This document shows, piece after piece, positions 1 through 11,094 of a DNA stretch of 64,000 nucleotides (positions are counted from its first letter, which is position 1; each line of letters begins with the position of its first letter). The notes below the pieces were generated by a model. The model did not search any database and was not told the origin of the DNA. It was given only the letters and a program-made list of their open reading frames with translations. Origin of the DNA: Raja brachyura (lineage: Eukaryota); NCBI GenBank assembly GCA_963514005.1, contig OY740818.1:24862001-24926000 (forward strand), read 5' to 3'. A program made the position numbers and the translations under genes.

Positions 1-312
1 GCACGTTTTTAAGTAAAAATAAACTGTGCACTTTATTTTATCCCCTACATAAAATCCTTCCCTCACGGCTTTAGAAGATGATTTTTAAATTACTCTAGCT
101 AATAAATGATCTAGTGTAGTTTAAAAATACCTTCATAAAACAAATGTCGGAGTGATTTATCATCAGCAACAAAATTCCCTGAGATGGATCGACTTGAACT
201 GTCTGGAGAAAAACGGCATTTTAAACCCGCCCCCCTCTGAAAGGCGCCAAAGTCGCGCACACGGGGAGCGGCAGAACTGCAGCGCCGCTCAAGGTAAGTT
301 TTGTAACATACC
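1..312. mobile_element. probable right end of a non-autonomous DNA transposon (truncated by window edge)
   Basis: CpG-rich subterminal segment ending ...TTTTGTAACATACC followed by TAA; no partner TIR visible in the window. Confidence 0.25.
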
Positions 313-344
313 TAAGAAATGTCCACAAATCTTAGGTTTCCGTT

Positions 345-1180
345 TAGTTTTATTTTGTCATGTGTGTCGAGGTACAGTGAAAAGCTTCGCTTGCTAACTA
401 GTCAGATCAGATAATACCATATTATCCAATCAAACCAAACTCGAGTGCAAGCGATGCTCCAGAGATACTGCCTTACCCGCTGAGATACTCCAGCACTTTG
501 TGTCTTTTCAAGTGTAAGTACGATGGATGGAGCGAAGGGGAAGATACAGGGTGCAGAATATAGGTCTCAGCATTGTAGCCACCAGTTTAGTTTAGCTGAA
601 AGATAGATACCTTAGGTCCACCGGTTCCGCGCTGACCAACGATCATCTGTACACTAGTCCTACCCTGCATACCCGGAAAAATTCACAGAAGCCAATTAAC
701 TCACAAACCTGTACGTCCTTGGAGTATGGGAGGAAACCAGAGCACCCGGAGAAAACCCACCTGGTCACAGGGAGAACATACAAACTGTACAGACAGCACC
801 TGTAGTCAGGGGTAGAACCTGGGTCCCTGGTGCTGTCAGGCAGCAACTCGAGGTGAATTAGACAGTACCCTAGTTTATGGCTTGTGGGGGAAGCCTGATA
901 ACAGAGGAGCAGAAGCTGTCCCTGAATCTGGTGGTGCTCGCTATCAAGTATCTCCATCTTCTGCTGGGTGGGAGCAGGGAGAAGAAGGAGTGACCAGGGT
1001 GGGACAAGTTATTATGTTGGCTGGTTTTCTGAGGTAGTGTGATGTGCAGATGGAGAAAGTGGTGGGAAGTCTAGTCTGTGTGATGGATGGGGCTTCATCT
1101 ACGAATCTCTGCAATGTCTCGCAGCCTTGGGCAGAGCTGTTCCCAAACTAAAGTGTGATGCAACTTGACAACATGCTCGC
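345..1180 (-). mobile_element. Rex1/Babar-type LINE 3' fragment, interrupted by a Penelope pLTR piece (~450-510) and a SINE (586-850)
   Basis: minus-strand translation resembles HPGHSFFSLLP..RRWRYL..TTRFRDSFCS (Rex1/Babar ORF C-terminus); 3' tail reads TTCACTGTACCTCGACAC..GACAAAATAAAACTAAAC. Confidence 0.65.
586..850 (-). mobile_element. HE1/V-SINE-type tRNA-derived SINE
   Basis: V-domain (GTCTGTACAGTTTGTATGTTCTCCCTGTGACC..GGGTTTTCTCCGGGTGCTCTGGTTTCCTCCC) and (CTAAA)n tail on minus strand. Confidence 0.85.
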
Positions 1181-1319
1181 TAACATTTGGACATAATCCT
1201 ACCTTCACTGCCATTATTACTCATCTCTTCTCCTTCCTCGAATGTTGAACGACATTGGACCCATCAATAGCGTTAAATCCACAGACGTGATGCCTTCATC
1301 TTCAGCCCACAAGAAGTAA

Positions 1320-1760
1320 TAAAAGAGGGTGACGAATTATATAAATCGGGCGGTGGAAGATAATTAAATTAGCCATTGAATTGTTGTAAAATCAGGCTGT
1401 AAAATAAAATAAAACCAAGCGGCAAAGGAGTAATGAAAACCTGGTAGTGATTATGAAATAAAGTCAATGCAAGTAGATTAATGGAACTCAGAGGAAGAAA
1501 GAATATTACACAAAATTAAATCAGAGAGCTTGTTCATAAATTACTTGGGCTAAATCTGTAAACCACAAAGAAATCTGGTTGCTCAACAATAACAACAAAA
1601 ACCTCTTGCTGCTTAATCATTTGAATGTTGTTCATAGTCTGATGAAATTATAACGTCTGCCACTTTCCATGGAGACAGTAGATTCAGTGGACAATGCTGC
1701 TGTTAGTTCAGTACTGGCCACATGATCTCCCGGCAGTGACATGTTGATGTCAGTCAGTAA
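1320..1760. promoter_or_regulatory. candidate conserved non-coding element / enhancer
   Basis: TE-free AT-rich island with many TAAT/ATTA cores and a palindromic paired-class homeodomain dimer site TAATTAAATTA at 1361-1371; conservation not tested. Confidence 0.3.
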
Positions 1761-1784
1761 ATCAGGTGTCCATTTTTGGGCGAG

Positions 1785-2197
1785 ACAGACACAAAATGCT
1801 GGAGTAACTCAGCGGGTCAGCCATCATCTCTGGAGAGAAGGAACGGGTGATGTTTCGGGTCGAGACCCTTCTTCAGACTGAGAGTCAGTGGAAAGGGAAA
1901 CAAGAGATATAGACGGTGATGTAGAGAGATATAGAACAAATGAATGAAAGATATGCAAAAAAGTAACGATGATAAAGGAAACGGCCATGAGCTAGGTGAA
2001 AATGAGTCACAGCCAATGAGACTCAACAAAATGTTTTTGAAAGTAATATGATGGGTTGGGGAGGGACAGAGAGAGAGAGGGCGTACAGGGGTTATTTGAA
2101 GTTCGAGAAATCAAGATTCATGCCACTGCCCAAGCAGAATATGAGGTGCTGTTTGTCCAATTTGCGTTTGGTCTCACTCTGGCAATGGACCAGGCCA
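1785..2197 (-). mobile_element. Penelope-like element 3' end (GIY-YIG C-terminus + pLTR)
   Basis: minus translation GLVHCQSETKRKLDKQHLIFCLG-SGMNLDFSNFK*, followed by pLTR with hammerhead core. Confidence 0.8.
1849..1876 (-). ncRNA. minimal hammerhead ribozyme core in Penelope pLTR
   Basis: reverse complement CTGAAGA-A-GGGT CTCG ACCC-GAAA-CATC: CUGANGA, stem II, GAAA, NUH. Confidence 0.6.
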
Positions 2198-3083
2198 TGT
2201 TTAGTAATGTTGACACTGTTACAGACCAATAATCCGGAGCAATTTGACCATCAGGTCTGAGGCTTCCGGCATGGCCAACTGTACGGGAAGCCTGTGAGAC
2301 CAGCCTGTGAGTTATTGAAGAGGGCTCGTTGCCCGCCGTGACTCCTGGAGTGTAGCTTTGTCCCAGGAGCTGGGAGTATGAACTACACACGTCTTGTTGC
2401 CGTCATCCATCATGCCGTTTAAACCTCTCTTGACATTCACAACTTGTGAGCCATTAATTTTCAGCGTGTAAAAGCCTCAGGTGTGCGTTACTTCCCATGA
2501 GCCAATGAACCCATTTGAACCTTTGGTACTTACCATTGATTGCTTTGTGCGATTGTTTGGAACAATTACCGGTCTCCTTCGTGCAACGGCGGCACGGGGG
2601 GCGAAATCGTGGAGGGGGAATTGGTTTGTCAGCCCCTGCTTGAGTCCTATCGTCTGGTTCCAAGGAATTGGATGGATTCCTACTTCTTGCTAAATCTCAC
2701 GTTCTTTTAGATGCTAAAACTGTACGTGTAATTCCTCCATCATATCCATGCCCAGTGGGGAGCAGATGTGGCAAAATGCATCATTGATCTAAAGCAACTT
2801 TTGCAGAGTTCTCCAGCTGGGATTGAATAACTAATGGTGGTTTCTGTAACAGAAACAAGGAAGATGCCTTGTTATCCATCATCACATTTCCCAAGTCACA
2901 GTCTCCCCGCTCAAACAGCCTCAACAGATTTAGCACAAACAGGGCTTTCTATTTATACCACATCTGCTCAATGTTTGGCAATGGAACTTTAGTAGATCGG
3001 ACAGAGGAATTTGAGGCAGGGGAGAAACTGGGTGAAATAGTCGGAGGGTTGGAATGAGCAAATCCTGCCCCTAGTTGTCATGT

Positions 3084-3280
3084 TCACCCTGGCCACGCTC
3101 TCCACTGTCACCTTCTGGATGTGGATGCAGGTCCCTGAGAACCGTGACCTCCAGGTTCAAGAACAGCTTCTTGCCAGCAACCATCAGGCTCACGAACCAC
3201 ATCCCTAACCACATGCCCACCTCAGCCTCGATCAATGATGGACGTTATATAGCTTGTGCTACACACCTGGGCTTGAATAT
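3084..3280 (+). mobile_element. Rex1/Babar-type LINE 3' fragment
   Basis: PSGCGCRSLRTVTSRFKNSFLPATIRL motif in ORF 3075..3365. Confidence 0.7.
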
Positions 3281-3282
3281 CA

Positions 3283-3565
3283 TGTGTCGGAAGGAACTGC
3301 AGATGAATTCAGATCAGTCTGAAGAAGGGTCTCGGCCCAAAACATCACCCATTCCTTCTCTCTAGAGATGCTGCCTGTCCCACTGAGTTACTCCAGCATT
3401 TTGTGTCTACCTTCGATTGAAACCAGCATCTGCAGTTCTTTCCTACACAGGAGCTGTAGATGCTGGCTTAAACCAAAGAAGGGTCTCGACCCGAAGAGTT
3501 ACCTATACCTTTTAGATGCTGCCTGACCCGCTGAGTTACTTCAGCTTTTTGTGTCTATCTTCTTG
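3283..3565 (+). mobile_element. two adjacent Penelope pLTR fragments
   Basis: GAAGAAGGGTCTCG(G/A)CCC..., GATGCTGCCTG(T/A)CCC.CTGAGTTACT.CAGC and CCAGCATCTGCAGTTC tail. Confidence 0.75.
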
Positions 3566-3674
3566 CACTATCATGGTCTGGTTTACCTGGAACAATGAAT
3601 AATTCTTTGCATATTTATTGTGCTGTGTTATTTCATCGTTCCGTTCCCTGTGAAAATGACAATTAAACACTCTT

Positions 3675-3940
3675 GTGGAAACAAGGAACTGCAGATGCTG
3701 GTTTATACCAAAGATAAACACAAAGTGCTGGAGTAATTCAGCCGGTCAGGCAGCATCTGTGGTGAACATGGATAGGTGACGTTTCACAGAGTGCTGGAGT
3801 AACTCAGCAGGTCAGGCAGCATCTGTGGAGAACATGGATAGGTGACGTTTCACAGAGTGCTGGAGTAACTCAGCGGGTCAGGCAGCATCTGTGGAGAACA
3901 TGGATAGGTGACGTTTCAGGTTGAGATCCTTTCTCAGACC
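3675..3940 (-). repeat. Penelope pLTR with internal 66-bp triplication
   Basis: GTGCTGGAGTAA..CAGGCAGCATCTGTGG.GAACATGGATAGGTGACGTTTCA starts at 3725, 3791 and 3857. Confidence 0.9.
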
Positions 3941-4379
3941 ATGTCTCTCCAAGATAATTAGCATAATTCAGATTAGATCCGTATTCAGACTCGGTTTTAT
4001 CAAGAGCTTGGTATTGTTCTAGTTTGCAGTTCATTGCCATATTTCCATATTAGATCAGACTATGCCTGACACAAACTTTCTTGCCACTTATAGTTTAAGT
4101 ACACAATGAGTTCTCTTGAATCACAGAGAAATTATTCATCTGTTGTTTTCTCAAATGGAAAAGAAACATTTTCCTTGCTCCTGTCAACTTGTCAATAGTC
4201 TTCAGGATAACACTGAGGGGGGAGTCAGTGTCTGAACATACTCTTCATTGAATAGTTAGCCCAGGAGACGAGCAAAAAAAATCCTATCTCTCCCGCAATT
4301 GAACTTGATCCTTCCAAACCTTAGCAATATTGAGGAGCTGACGTGTCTGTCTGTGCGTGGCGTCTGAGCTGTGTTTGAC

Positions 4380-4960
4380 ATTCTGTTAGTTAGTGCACAA
4401 TGGTGTGAATCTGAGGGCTTTAATTACAGCTAATGACTGATCAGGGGCACAATGCTGTTCCCAGCAATTAAAAACATTGGTGCAAATAGTTCATATAAAT
4501 TGAGCGGAAGGCTGGCTCTGCATCGACACGGGAAAATTCCCTCGTGAAAATCAGTGTTGTAAAGATGCAATTCCTTCAGAGTAGCTTCATAATTGTCTTC
4601 ATCGTTAATGGAATAAAGCGTGCAGTGTAGTTTGCCTTTGTACGGGCAAGCTGCATGAAGGCAACACTAGATTGTGGAGTAATGTACCTCAATTGTTTGG
4701 GAAGACAATCTAATAGATTTTGAATAATTAAAACAAATTGTTTGCTCTTTAAAGAGGAGAAGAAGAAGTTGTTAATGTCAGGTTGGTGGTAAAGCCTCAT
4801 CATCTCAGCTGGAGAGAGAAATTAGCTGCACAGCGCAATGTCCCAGAGGAGCAGACCACAAATTTGTTTGGAGCCTAGTGGAGATGAATCTTCTTGACAG
4901 ATCTTAAAGGAACAGTTAGGGGACAAATGAGTGATTATGATTAATCAGAGATCTTACCTC
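4380..4960. promoter_or_regulatory. candidate conserved non-coding element / enhancer
   Basis: TE-free unique island rich in TAATTA, ACAAT/ATTGT (Sox-type) and TGATTAAT motifs; no ORF of note. Confidence 0.3.
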
Positions 4961-4970
4961 TCACCTGTGA

Positions 4971-5272
4971 GGCAGGCACGGTGGGCAGCGGTAGAGTCAC
5001 TGCCTCACAGCGCCACAGACCAGGGTTCCATCCTGACTCCGAGTGCTGTCTGTACGTTCTCCCCGTGACCTGCGTGGGTTTTCTCATGGATCTCCGGATT
5101 CCTCCACACTCCAAGAATGTACAGGTTTGTAGGTTAATTGGCTTGGTGTGATTGTGAAATTGTCCCTAGTGTGTGTAGGATAGTGTTAGTGTGCGGGGAT
5201 CGCTGGTCGGTGCAGGCTCGGTGGGCCGAAGGGCCTGTATCTCTAAACTAAACGAAACTAAACTAAACTAAG
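4971..5272 (+). mobile_element. HE1/V-SINE-type SINE
   Basis: tRNA-like head (GGTGGGCAGCGGTAGAG, GGTTCCATCC B-box), V-domain, GGGCCGAAGGGCCTG stem-loop, (AAACT)n tail. Confidence 0.9.
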
Positions 5273-5314
5273 TGCAGACTGGTGCATGAGGCATCTGTGG
5301 TGTTGTGTGGCTGA

Positions 5315-5535
5315 GGGAGGATCAGGATGTATCACGGGTGCTCACCTCCTCACCATTGAAGGGATCTACAAGGGTCGCTGCCTCAAAAAGGCAGCCAGTT
5401 TCACCAGAGACCCTCACCACCCTGGCCATGCTCTCATCTCACTTCTCCCATCCGGAAGAAGGTACAGGAGTCTGAAAACTGTAACATCCAGGTTCAGGAG
5501 CACCTTCTTCCTAACTGCCATCTGTCTATGAAACA
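5315..5535 (+). mobile_element. Rex1/Babar-type LINE 3' fragment
   Basis: RCLKKAASFTRDPHHPGHALISLLPSGRRYRSLKTVTSRFRSTFF. Confidence 0.85.
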
Positions 5536-5555
5536 CTACGACTGCACCTACATGA

Positions 5556-5685
5556 TGGAGCAGAAAGCCCACGCGGTCATGGGGAGAACGTACTAACTCT
5601 GTACAGACAGCACCCGTAGTCAGGATGGAACCCGGGTCTGTGGCGCTGTGAGGCCGCAACTCTGCCGCTGCGCCACCGTGCTGCT
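5556..5685 (-). mobile_element. HE1/V-SINE 5' half
   Basis: reverse complement GCACGGTGGCGCAGCGGCAGAG...GGGTTCCATCCTGACTACGGGTGCTGTCTGTAC. Confidence 0.85.
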
Positions 5686-5804
5686 GCTCTTATTGAATCC
5701 AAAATCATTAAAAAATCAACTGTTAACTCCTCTGTGCGAGGAATATTTACACAAACCACAGGAAAACAGGTGGAAGAGTTACTGAGCAAAAGATGGTACA
5801 CTAC

Positions 5805-6028
5805 AGTCTGTGGAATTCTCTGCCTCAGACGGCGGTGGAGGCCGGTTCGCTGGTTACTTTAAAGAGTGAGCTAGATAGGGCTCTTAAAGATAGTGGAGTC
5901 AGGGGATATGGGGAGAAGGCAGGAACGGGGTAGTGATTGGGGATGATCAGCCATGATCACATTGAATGATGGTGCTGGCTCGAAGGGACGAATGGCCTCC
6001 TCCTGCACCTATTGTCCATTGTCTATTG
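5805..6028 (+). mobile_element. CR1-clade LINE 3' end
   Basis: SLWNSLPQTAVEA..FKSELDRALKDSGVRGYGEKAGTG*, conserved 3' UTR hairpin and (ATTGTCT)n tail. Confidence 0.9.
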
Positions 6029-6249
6029 TTTCTTGAGGTCCTCTGAGGGAGCGCTGTATGTATGTATCTATGTGTGTATTGTTAGATCTATGTACCACTG
6101 TTTGTAGCATGTTGGTACCTGCACTGATGTAAAGCACTTTGGTCAACGAGAGTTGTTTTTAAATATGCTATAGAAATAAAATGGACTTGACTTGACTATT
6201 GACAGGAGTGACAGAGGGCCGTTTGAGAGGCTCCAGGCTGTGGGAGATT

Positions 6250-6505
6250 CAATGTGACCAAAGAGATGGGTTTTAAAGAGTGCCTTGGTGAAAGGATAGT
6301 GAGGTTGTGGAGTGGAGAGGTCCAGAGGGAATCACAGACCTCCTGGCTCTGACAGTTGAAGACCCGACCACCAAGTCGTGGGGACAATTAAACTCAGGGA
6401 CGAGCAAGAGCCTGGAAGTGGAGAGGTTTTGGCAGATGGAATTGGATGAGAGGAGATTTGGCAAAGCCACGGTGGGATTAGAGAACAAGAGGGAGAATGT
6501 CAGCA
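6250..6505 (-). mobile_element. degraded L2-clade LINE 3' fragment
   Basis: minus translation resembles L2 C-terminus (SRLLLVPEFN..GGRVFNCQSQEVCDSL..PLHSTTSLS..LKTHLF). Confidence 0.55.
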
Positions 6506-6740
6506 TTTAAACAGGTAATAATGAATCCCACGCTCCCTGTGAAATTCCGGAGTGGCCTGGTCTAACAAACATTTACAGTATTTTATTCTGATTGATGACG
6601 TTCACCGCCAGGATCACAAAATTAAAATTGCTCCCCCCCAAGTGTGCGGCCCCCTAATAACATGCGAGGCAACACTCTGGGGCTATTCAATCTTTAGACA
6701 GGTGTGGGTTAGTAACTGTACAAAACAAAACATTCATCTT

Positions 6741-7060
6741 TTTAAGAAAGAACTGCAAAGATTTGAAAAAATCGTAGACAATAAATGCTGGAGAAACTCA
6801 GTGAGTGAGGCAGCATCTATCTCTCCCTCCTAACCCCATTCTCCTACCTTCTCTCCATAACAAAACAAGGACTGTGCCAAAGATGAATGTTTTGAAGGTA
6901 GCAAAAAATGCTGGAGAAACTCAGCGGGTGAGGCAGCATTTATGGAGAGAAGGAATCGGCGACATTTCGAGTCGAGACCCAGGGTCTCTCCATTCCTTCG
7001 CTCCATAGATGTTGCCTCACCCGCTGAGTTTCTCCAGCATTTTTTGTCTACCTTTAAAGC
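6741..7060. mobile_element. Penelope pLTR fragment plus inverted-pLTR hairpin insertion
   Basis: arms AAGGTAG.AAAAAATGCTGGAGAAACTCAGCGGGTGAGGCAGCAT and CCTCACCCGCTGAGTTTCTCCAGCATTTTTTGTCTACCTT; ATGAAT(G/C)TTTT on both flanks. Confidence 0.75.
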
Positions 7061-7562
7061 ATGAATCTTTTTGGGCCATTGGAATCTGGGCTTCAAGACG
7101 GATGGGGATTTAGTGCTAAGAAATAAATGATGTGAAATCTGAGAGATTATAGAAGCAGGAGCACTGATTGGAGTTGTGGATGTGGAGTGGGGAGCGGATC
7201 ATGGTCTGGCTGGGTGGTTGCTATTGCAGACTGACTGTCTGTTACTTGCTGCCAGACGGGGGCCAGTCGGCCTCAGATCCTTCCTCTCTGGTGTCTGGGG
7301 ATGAGGGGAGGGAGCACAGGCTTGGCATCTCGTGGTGCTTTTGTTTTCATGTATCCCAGCTGATCTGAGGCTGGGTCCCGACTGCCCGGCTCACACACAG
7401 TCACACAGTGTTAGCAGGCAGTACACAAGGAGGTGGTGCTGGAGGCAACTGACCCGGGGATACCCAGCCTCAGCCCACTGCTCCTCTGGTCTAAAGGTGG
7501 TCTGTACTTCAGCACACCCCTGCTGTTCATGCACCGGTCTAAATGTCTCCAGAACTTCGGCC

Positions 7563-7893
7563 TCAGTGGGAGAATCCACCAGCGGGAGAGGACAAGAGGC
7601 CACAGACTCAGAATTAAAGGATGTTCTTTTAGCAAGGAGATGAGGAGGAACTTCTTTCGTCAGAGGGTGGTGAATCTGTGGAACTCATTGCCACAGACAG
7701 CCGTGGAGGCCAAGTCAGTGGATATATTTAAGGCAGAGATAGATAGATTCTTGATTAGCATGGGTAGGGGGTTATGGGGAGAAGGCAGGCGAATGGGGTT
7801 AGGAGGGAGAGATAGATCAGCCATGATTGAAAGGCGGAGTAGACTAGATGGGCCGAATGGCCAAATTCAGCTCCTAGAACTCATGACCTTATG
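7563..7893 (+). mobile_element. CR1-clade LINE 3' end
   Basis: RTRGHRLRIKGCSFSKEMRRNFFRQRVVNLWNSLPQTAVEAKSVDIFKAEIDRFL. Confidence 0.9.
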
Positions 7894-7984
7894 ATCTGCT
7901 ATATCTGCACGCATTTTGTTTTTGGCCCAAGCCTCACTTTGTTACCACAGAGAAGATGGTAGGGCCAGTATCTTGGACATCATC

Positions 7985-8100
7985 CTCCCCCCCCCACACC
8001 CCCCACACCCCCCCCCCACACCCCCCCCCACACCCCCCACACCCCCACCCCCCACACCCCGACCCCCCCCCCCCCACCCCCGCACCCCCCACACACCCCC
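7985..8100. repeat. C-rich low-complexity tract (CnACA)n; G-quadruplex-prone on minus strand
   Basis: runs of up to ~14 C separated mostly by A/ACA. Confidence 0.9.
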
Positions 8101-8143
8101 GTGTCCATGCTCCAGTACTATGGTTGCTGTGGCGACCCAGTGC

Positions 8144-8292
8144 TTTTTAATTAAAATAAACTTTATTCAGAATAAAAAATATATACAAAACAAGGACTGT
8201 GCAAACGTTATTCTGACATTCTTGGAGGCTATGCAAACATTCACTAGCATTGTATCGTAGTGTTCTCAGAAATGTCATTATACCCGCCACAT
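8144..8292 (-). mobile_element. Tx1-like LINE 3' UTR remnant (second copy)
   Basis: colinear similarity to 8318-8467; ends GAATAAAGTTTATTTTAATTAAAAA on minus strand. Confidence 0.6.
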
Positions 8293-8304
8293 GATGAACC
8301 AGTA

Positions 8305-8930
8305 TTTTTTTGTTTATATTTTAATCAAAATAAACTTTAATCAGGATTTTAAAATATGTAAAAAACACGAATTGTGTAAAATTGTTCGGACATTTCCCGC
8401 TACTATACATACTGTCGTTAGCATTATATTTGGTAGTGTCCCCAAAAAACATGATTATACCCCCACCCTTGCCTCTCATGTGCCCCCCTGCGGTGATGTC
8501 CCTTCCCTCATTTGAGGGGTGTCTCCACCACACCCTGCCCCCCAATGCCCAGCAGCGGAAGGACCCTAGACTGTGGCCCTCCCCCACCGAGCCTTGGCGT
8601 TGGCTGCACCGAGCTTCAGTGCGTCCCTCAGCACGTACTCCTGCAGTCTGCAGCGGGCCAGTCGGCAACATTCCCCGATGGACATCTCGCTCCTGGTCAA
8701 CTATGCTCAGGCAGATCAAAGAGCATCTTTCACCGAGTTAGTGACCTTCCAGCAGCACCCGATGTCCGTCTCTGAGTGTGTCCCTGGGAACAGTCCGTAA
8801 ATCACAGAGTCCTCTGTGACGGAGCTGATCGGGATAAACTGTGACACGGACCCTTGCAGACCTCTCGAGACTCTCTTTGCAAATCTACACTCTACAAACA
8901 GGTGGCAACCGTCTCCTCTCCATCGCAGCA
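8305..8930 (-). mobile_element. Tx1-clade (L1-Tx1) non-LTR retrotransposon, 5'-truncated
   Basis: minus translation with stops/frameshifts: GEETV.HLFVECRFAKRV..VTEDSVIYGLFPGTHSETDIGCCWKVTNSVKDAL..ECCRLARCRLQEYVLRDALKLGAANAKARWGRATV* (stop at 8566-8568); zinc-knuckle-type C-terminus; A-rich tail. Confidence 0.8.
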
Positions 8931-9479
8931 GTTGCTGAAAAGCCCAGAGCAGGGGATGTGCTGAGCAATATCTCCATCACAGGCCCCAATAGTCCTGTCA
9001 TATCACCGTGTAAACCCCACAAGCCAAATAAACGGCTATTTCCTGCACTTATGGTCTATAATGTTGTACACAATGCTTACAAAGTGCTGCCCTCATCTCT
9101 GTCCTAGCCATTCATTCATTTCTTCACAGCCCCACAATTGTTCTACTCATGCAGGCTGTTCACAGCTGTGTAAAGTGTGTTAGTGTGAGGATGCAATCTC
9201 AATTACCAGAACATTGTTTCAACTCATGAGGTGCTGACAGATTAATGTTGAATTAAATGGATTCTTACTGAAGTTCTGGCTTTGAAAGCGGGTACTTAAT
9301 TCACAATAGAAATCAACTGATATTTCCAAATTTAAACCGAGACTCCACACTCACTGGGGTCATTTACTAAGTGTAGACCCTCAGGACACAGCCCTGCCAG
9401 CGGTACACACTTCATCTTCTTGTCATGACTGGGTTTATCCAGAGGACTTGACCGAGATCAGTCACCATAATCCCATCGC

Positions 9480-9580
9480 TGCCAGTTCTGGCAGTCTGTA
9501 CACCCTTGATATTCCTCCCTCCCACATGGGCCGATGGGCCTCCAGCTGCCTAGGCCCCAGGTCTGCAACTCCCTCCCTCA
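9480..9580 (+). mobile_element. degraded L2 3' fragment
   Basis: GRWASSCLGPRSATP resembles L2 GGRAFSCLGPKLWNSLP. Confidence 0.45.
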
Positions 9581-9584
9581 ACGC

Positions 9585-9790
9585 CCATCCTGTTACTCAC
9601 CATAATCATCGTTGCTTTTGACATTTCTTTCAATCATTTGTTCTATGTACCGTCTATATCTCTCCTTTCCCTCTCCCCTGACCCTCAATCTGAAGAAGGG
9701 TCTCGACCCGAAACATCACCGATTCCTTCTCTCCAGAGATGCTGCCTGTCCCGCTGAGTTACTCCAGCATTTTGCTTCTATCTTCTGGTG
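9585..9790 (+). mobile_element. Penelope pLTR
   Basis: same pLTR consensus as 1785-2000 in opposite orientation. Confidence 0.8.
9690..9717 (+). ncRNA. minimal hammerhead ribozyme core in Penelope pLTR
   Basis: CTGAAGAAGGGTCTCGACCCGAAACATC. Confidence 0.6.
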
Positions 9791-10227
9791 TTCTCTCATG
9801 TGGCTTGAAGTCAAGGTCTTGAAAGAAACCTTGGTTTGATTTACGGGGTGGAAGTTCTGCAGAGATCCTTGTTCTTGTTCTTACATTATTCCAAGAATAA
9901 AGGTCTTTAGAGGCAGACTAATCAAGAGCTCAGTAAATCAGATTGTTTCAGAAGGCCGCGTGTGATTGAACCTGCATGGTCTGCAATCATCAGTCCCGCT
10001 CAGATCCAGAGTGTGTGAACGACACCAGAACCACATCATCCCAGCAATGAGCTGCCGGAGAATGGGGTAGACCTGGGTACAATTACAATGTTGAAACGGT
10101 ATTAAGACAGGAGTGATATTGAGTAATACAGGTAATATAAGCGCTTAGAATGAGCATTGATGGGTGTGATGAAGTGGGCTGTAAAGGCCCACGCGCTATT
10201 GTATGTTGTACGATTCTAACTTTAAAC

Positions 10228-10537
10228 AGGGCGGCACGGAGGCGCAGCGGTAGAGTTGCTGCCTTACAGCGCCAGAGACTCGAGTTCGACCCTGACTACG
10301 GGTGCTGTCTGTACGGAGTTTGTATGTCTCCCCGTGACCTGCATGGGTTTCTCCAGTTGCTCTGTTTTCCTCCCACACTCCAAACATGTGCAAGTTTGCA
10401 GGTTAATTGGCTTTGGTAGAATTGTAAATTGTCCCAAGTCAGTATGATATTATGTTAGTGTACGAGGTGATCGCTGGTCGGAGCGGACTTGGTGGGTCGA
10501 AGGGCCTGTTTCCATGCTGTACCGTTGAAGTCTAAAG
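10228..10537 (+). mobile_element. HE1/V-SINE-type SINE
   Basis: GGGCGGCACGGAGGCGCAGCGGTAGAG head, GAGTTCGACCC B-box, V-domain, CCTGTTTCCATGCTGTA tail. Confidence 0.9.
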
Positions 10538-10679
10538 TCCCCTTTTCATTCGCACAACAAACATTCTCTCCCGAGCCTCCTCCAATGCCAGAGTGAGGCC
10601 ACACACTGTAAGGACAGCAGAGTTGTACATGGTAATATTTGGTCACAATTGCTTCCACAATTGCATCATCTTTGTGACA

Positions 10680-11080
10680 CTGAGGTTTAAATCTCATCTC
10701 AATGACCAAACATTCCTAAAATCAAAAATAAGTTGAAAATGATAATAATTAAAAAAAATAAAAGTTCCACACAAATGGCAACTTCAATAAGCAATGCACT
10801 AAATGCATTCTCTACTGGATCAGATGCTGATATTGTCGTTTATTCCAGGCACAATTAGCATTAATAATTAGCTGCAAGTCCTTTCACATTTCTGAACAAA
10901 GGGAGCCATATTATGACTATGTAGGTTGGAGATTGGGATTAAATGAAGTTTGATCAACTACTCCGTAATGGGAAAACAAGTCCATGGCCGTGCAGATTAA
11001 CAAAACAACATTAGTGCAAAAGCTAATTACAAAAGCAATTTGTCAGCACAAGTGGCAATCTGTGGTTTTCTGTTGCTGAG
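10680..11080. promoter_or_regulatory. candidate conserved non-coding element
   Basis: TE-free AT-rich island with ACAATTAGCATTAATAATTAGC, AACAAAG, GGATTA and CTAATTA motifs. Confidence 0.3.
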
Positions 11081-11094
11081 ATAGGATTAGGATT

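Noticed and set aside
7916-8260. Proline-rich ORF
   Set aside because: Translation of a poly-C low-complexity tract running into a Tx1 tail
10228-10300. tRNA genes at SINE heads
   Set aside because: A/B boxes are present, but each continues into V-domain and LINE tail with no complete cloverleaf or terminator, so these are SINEs
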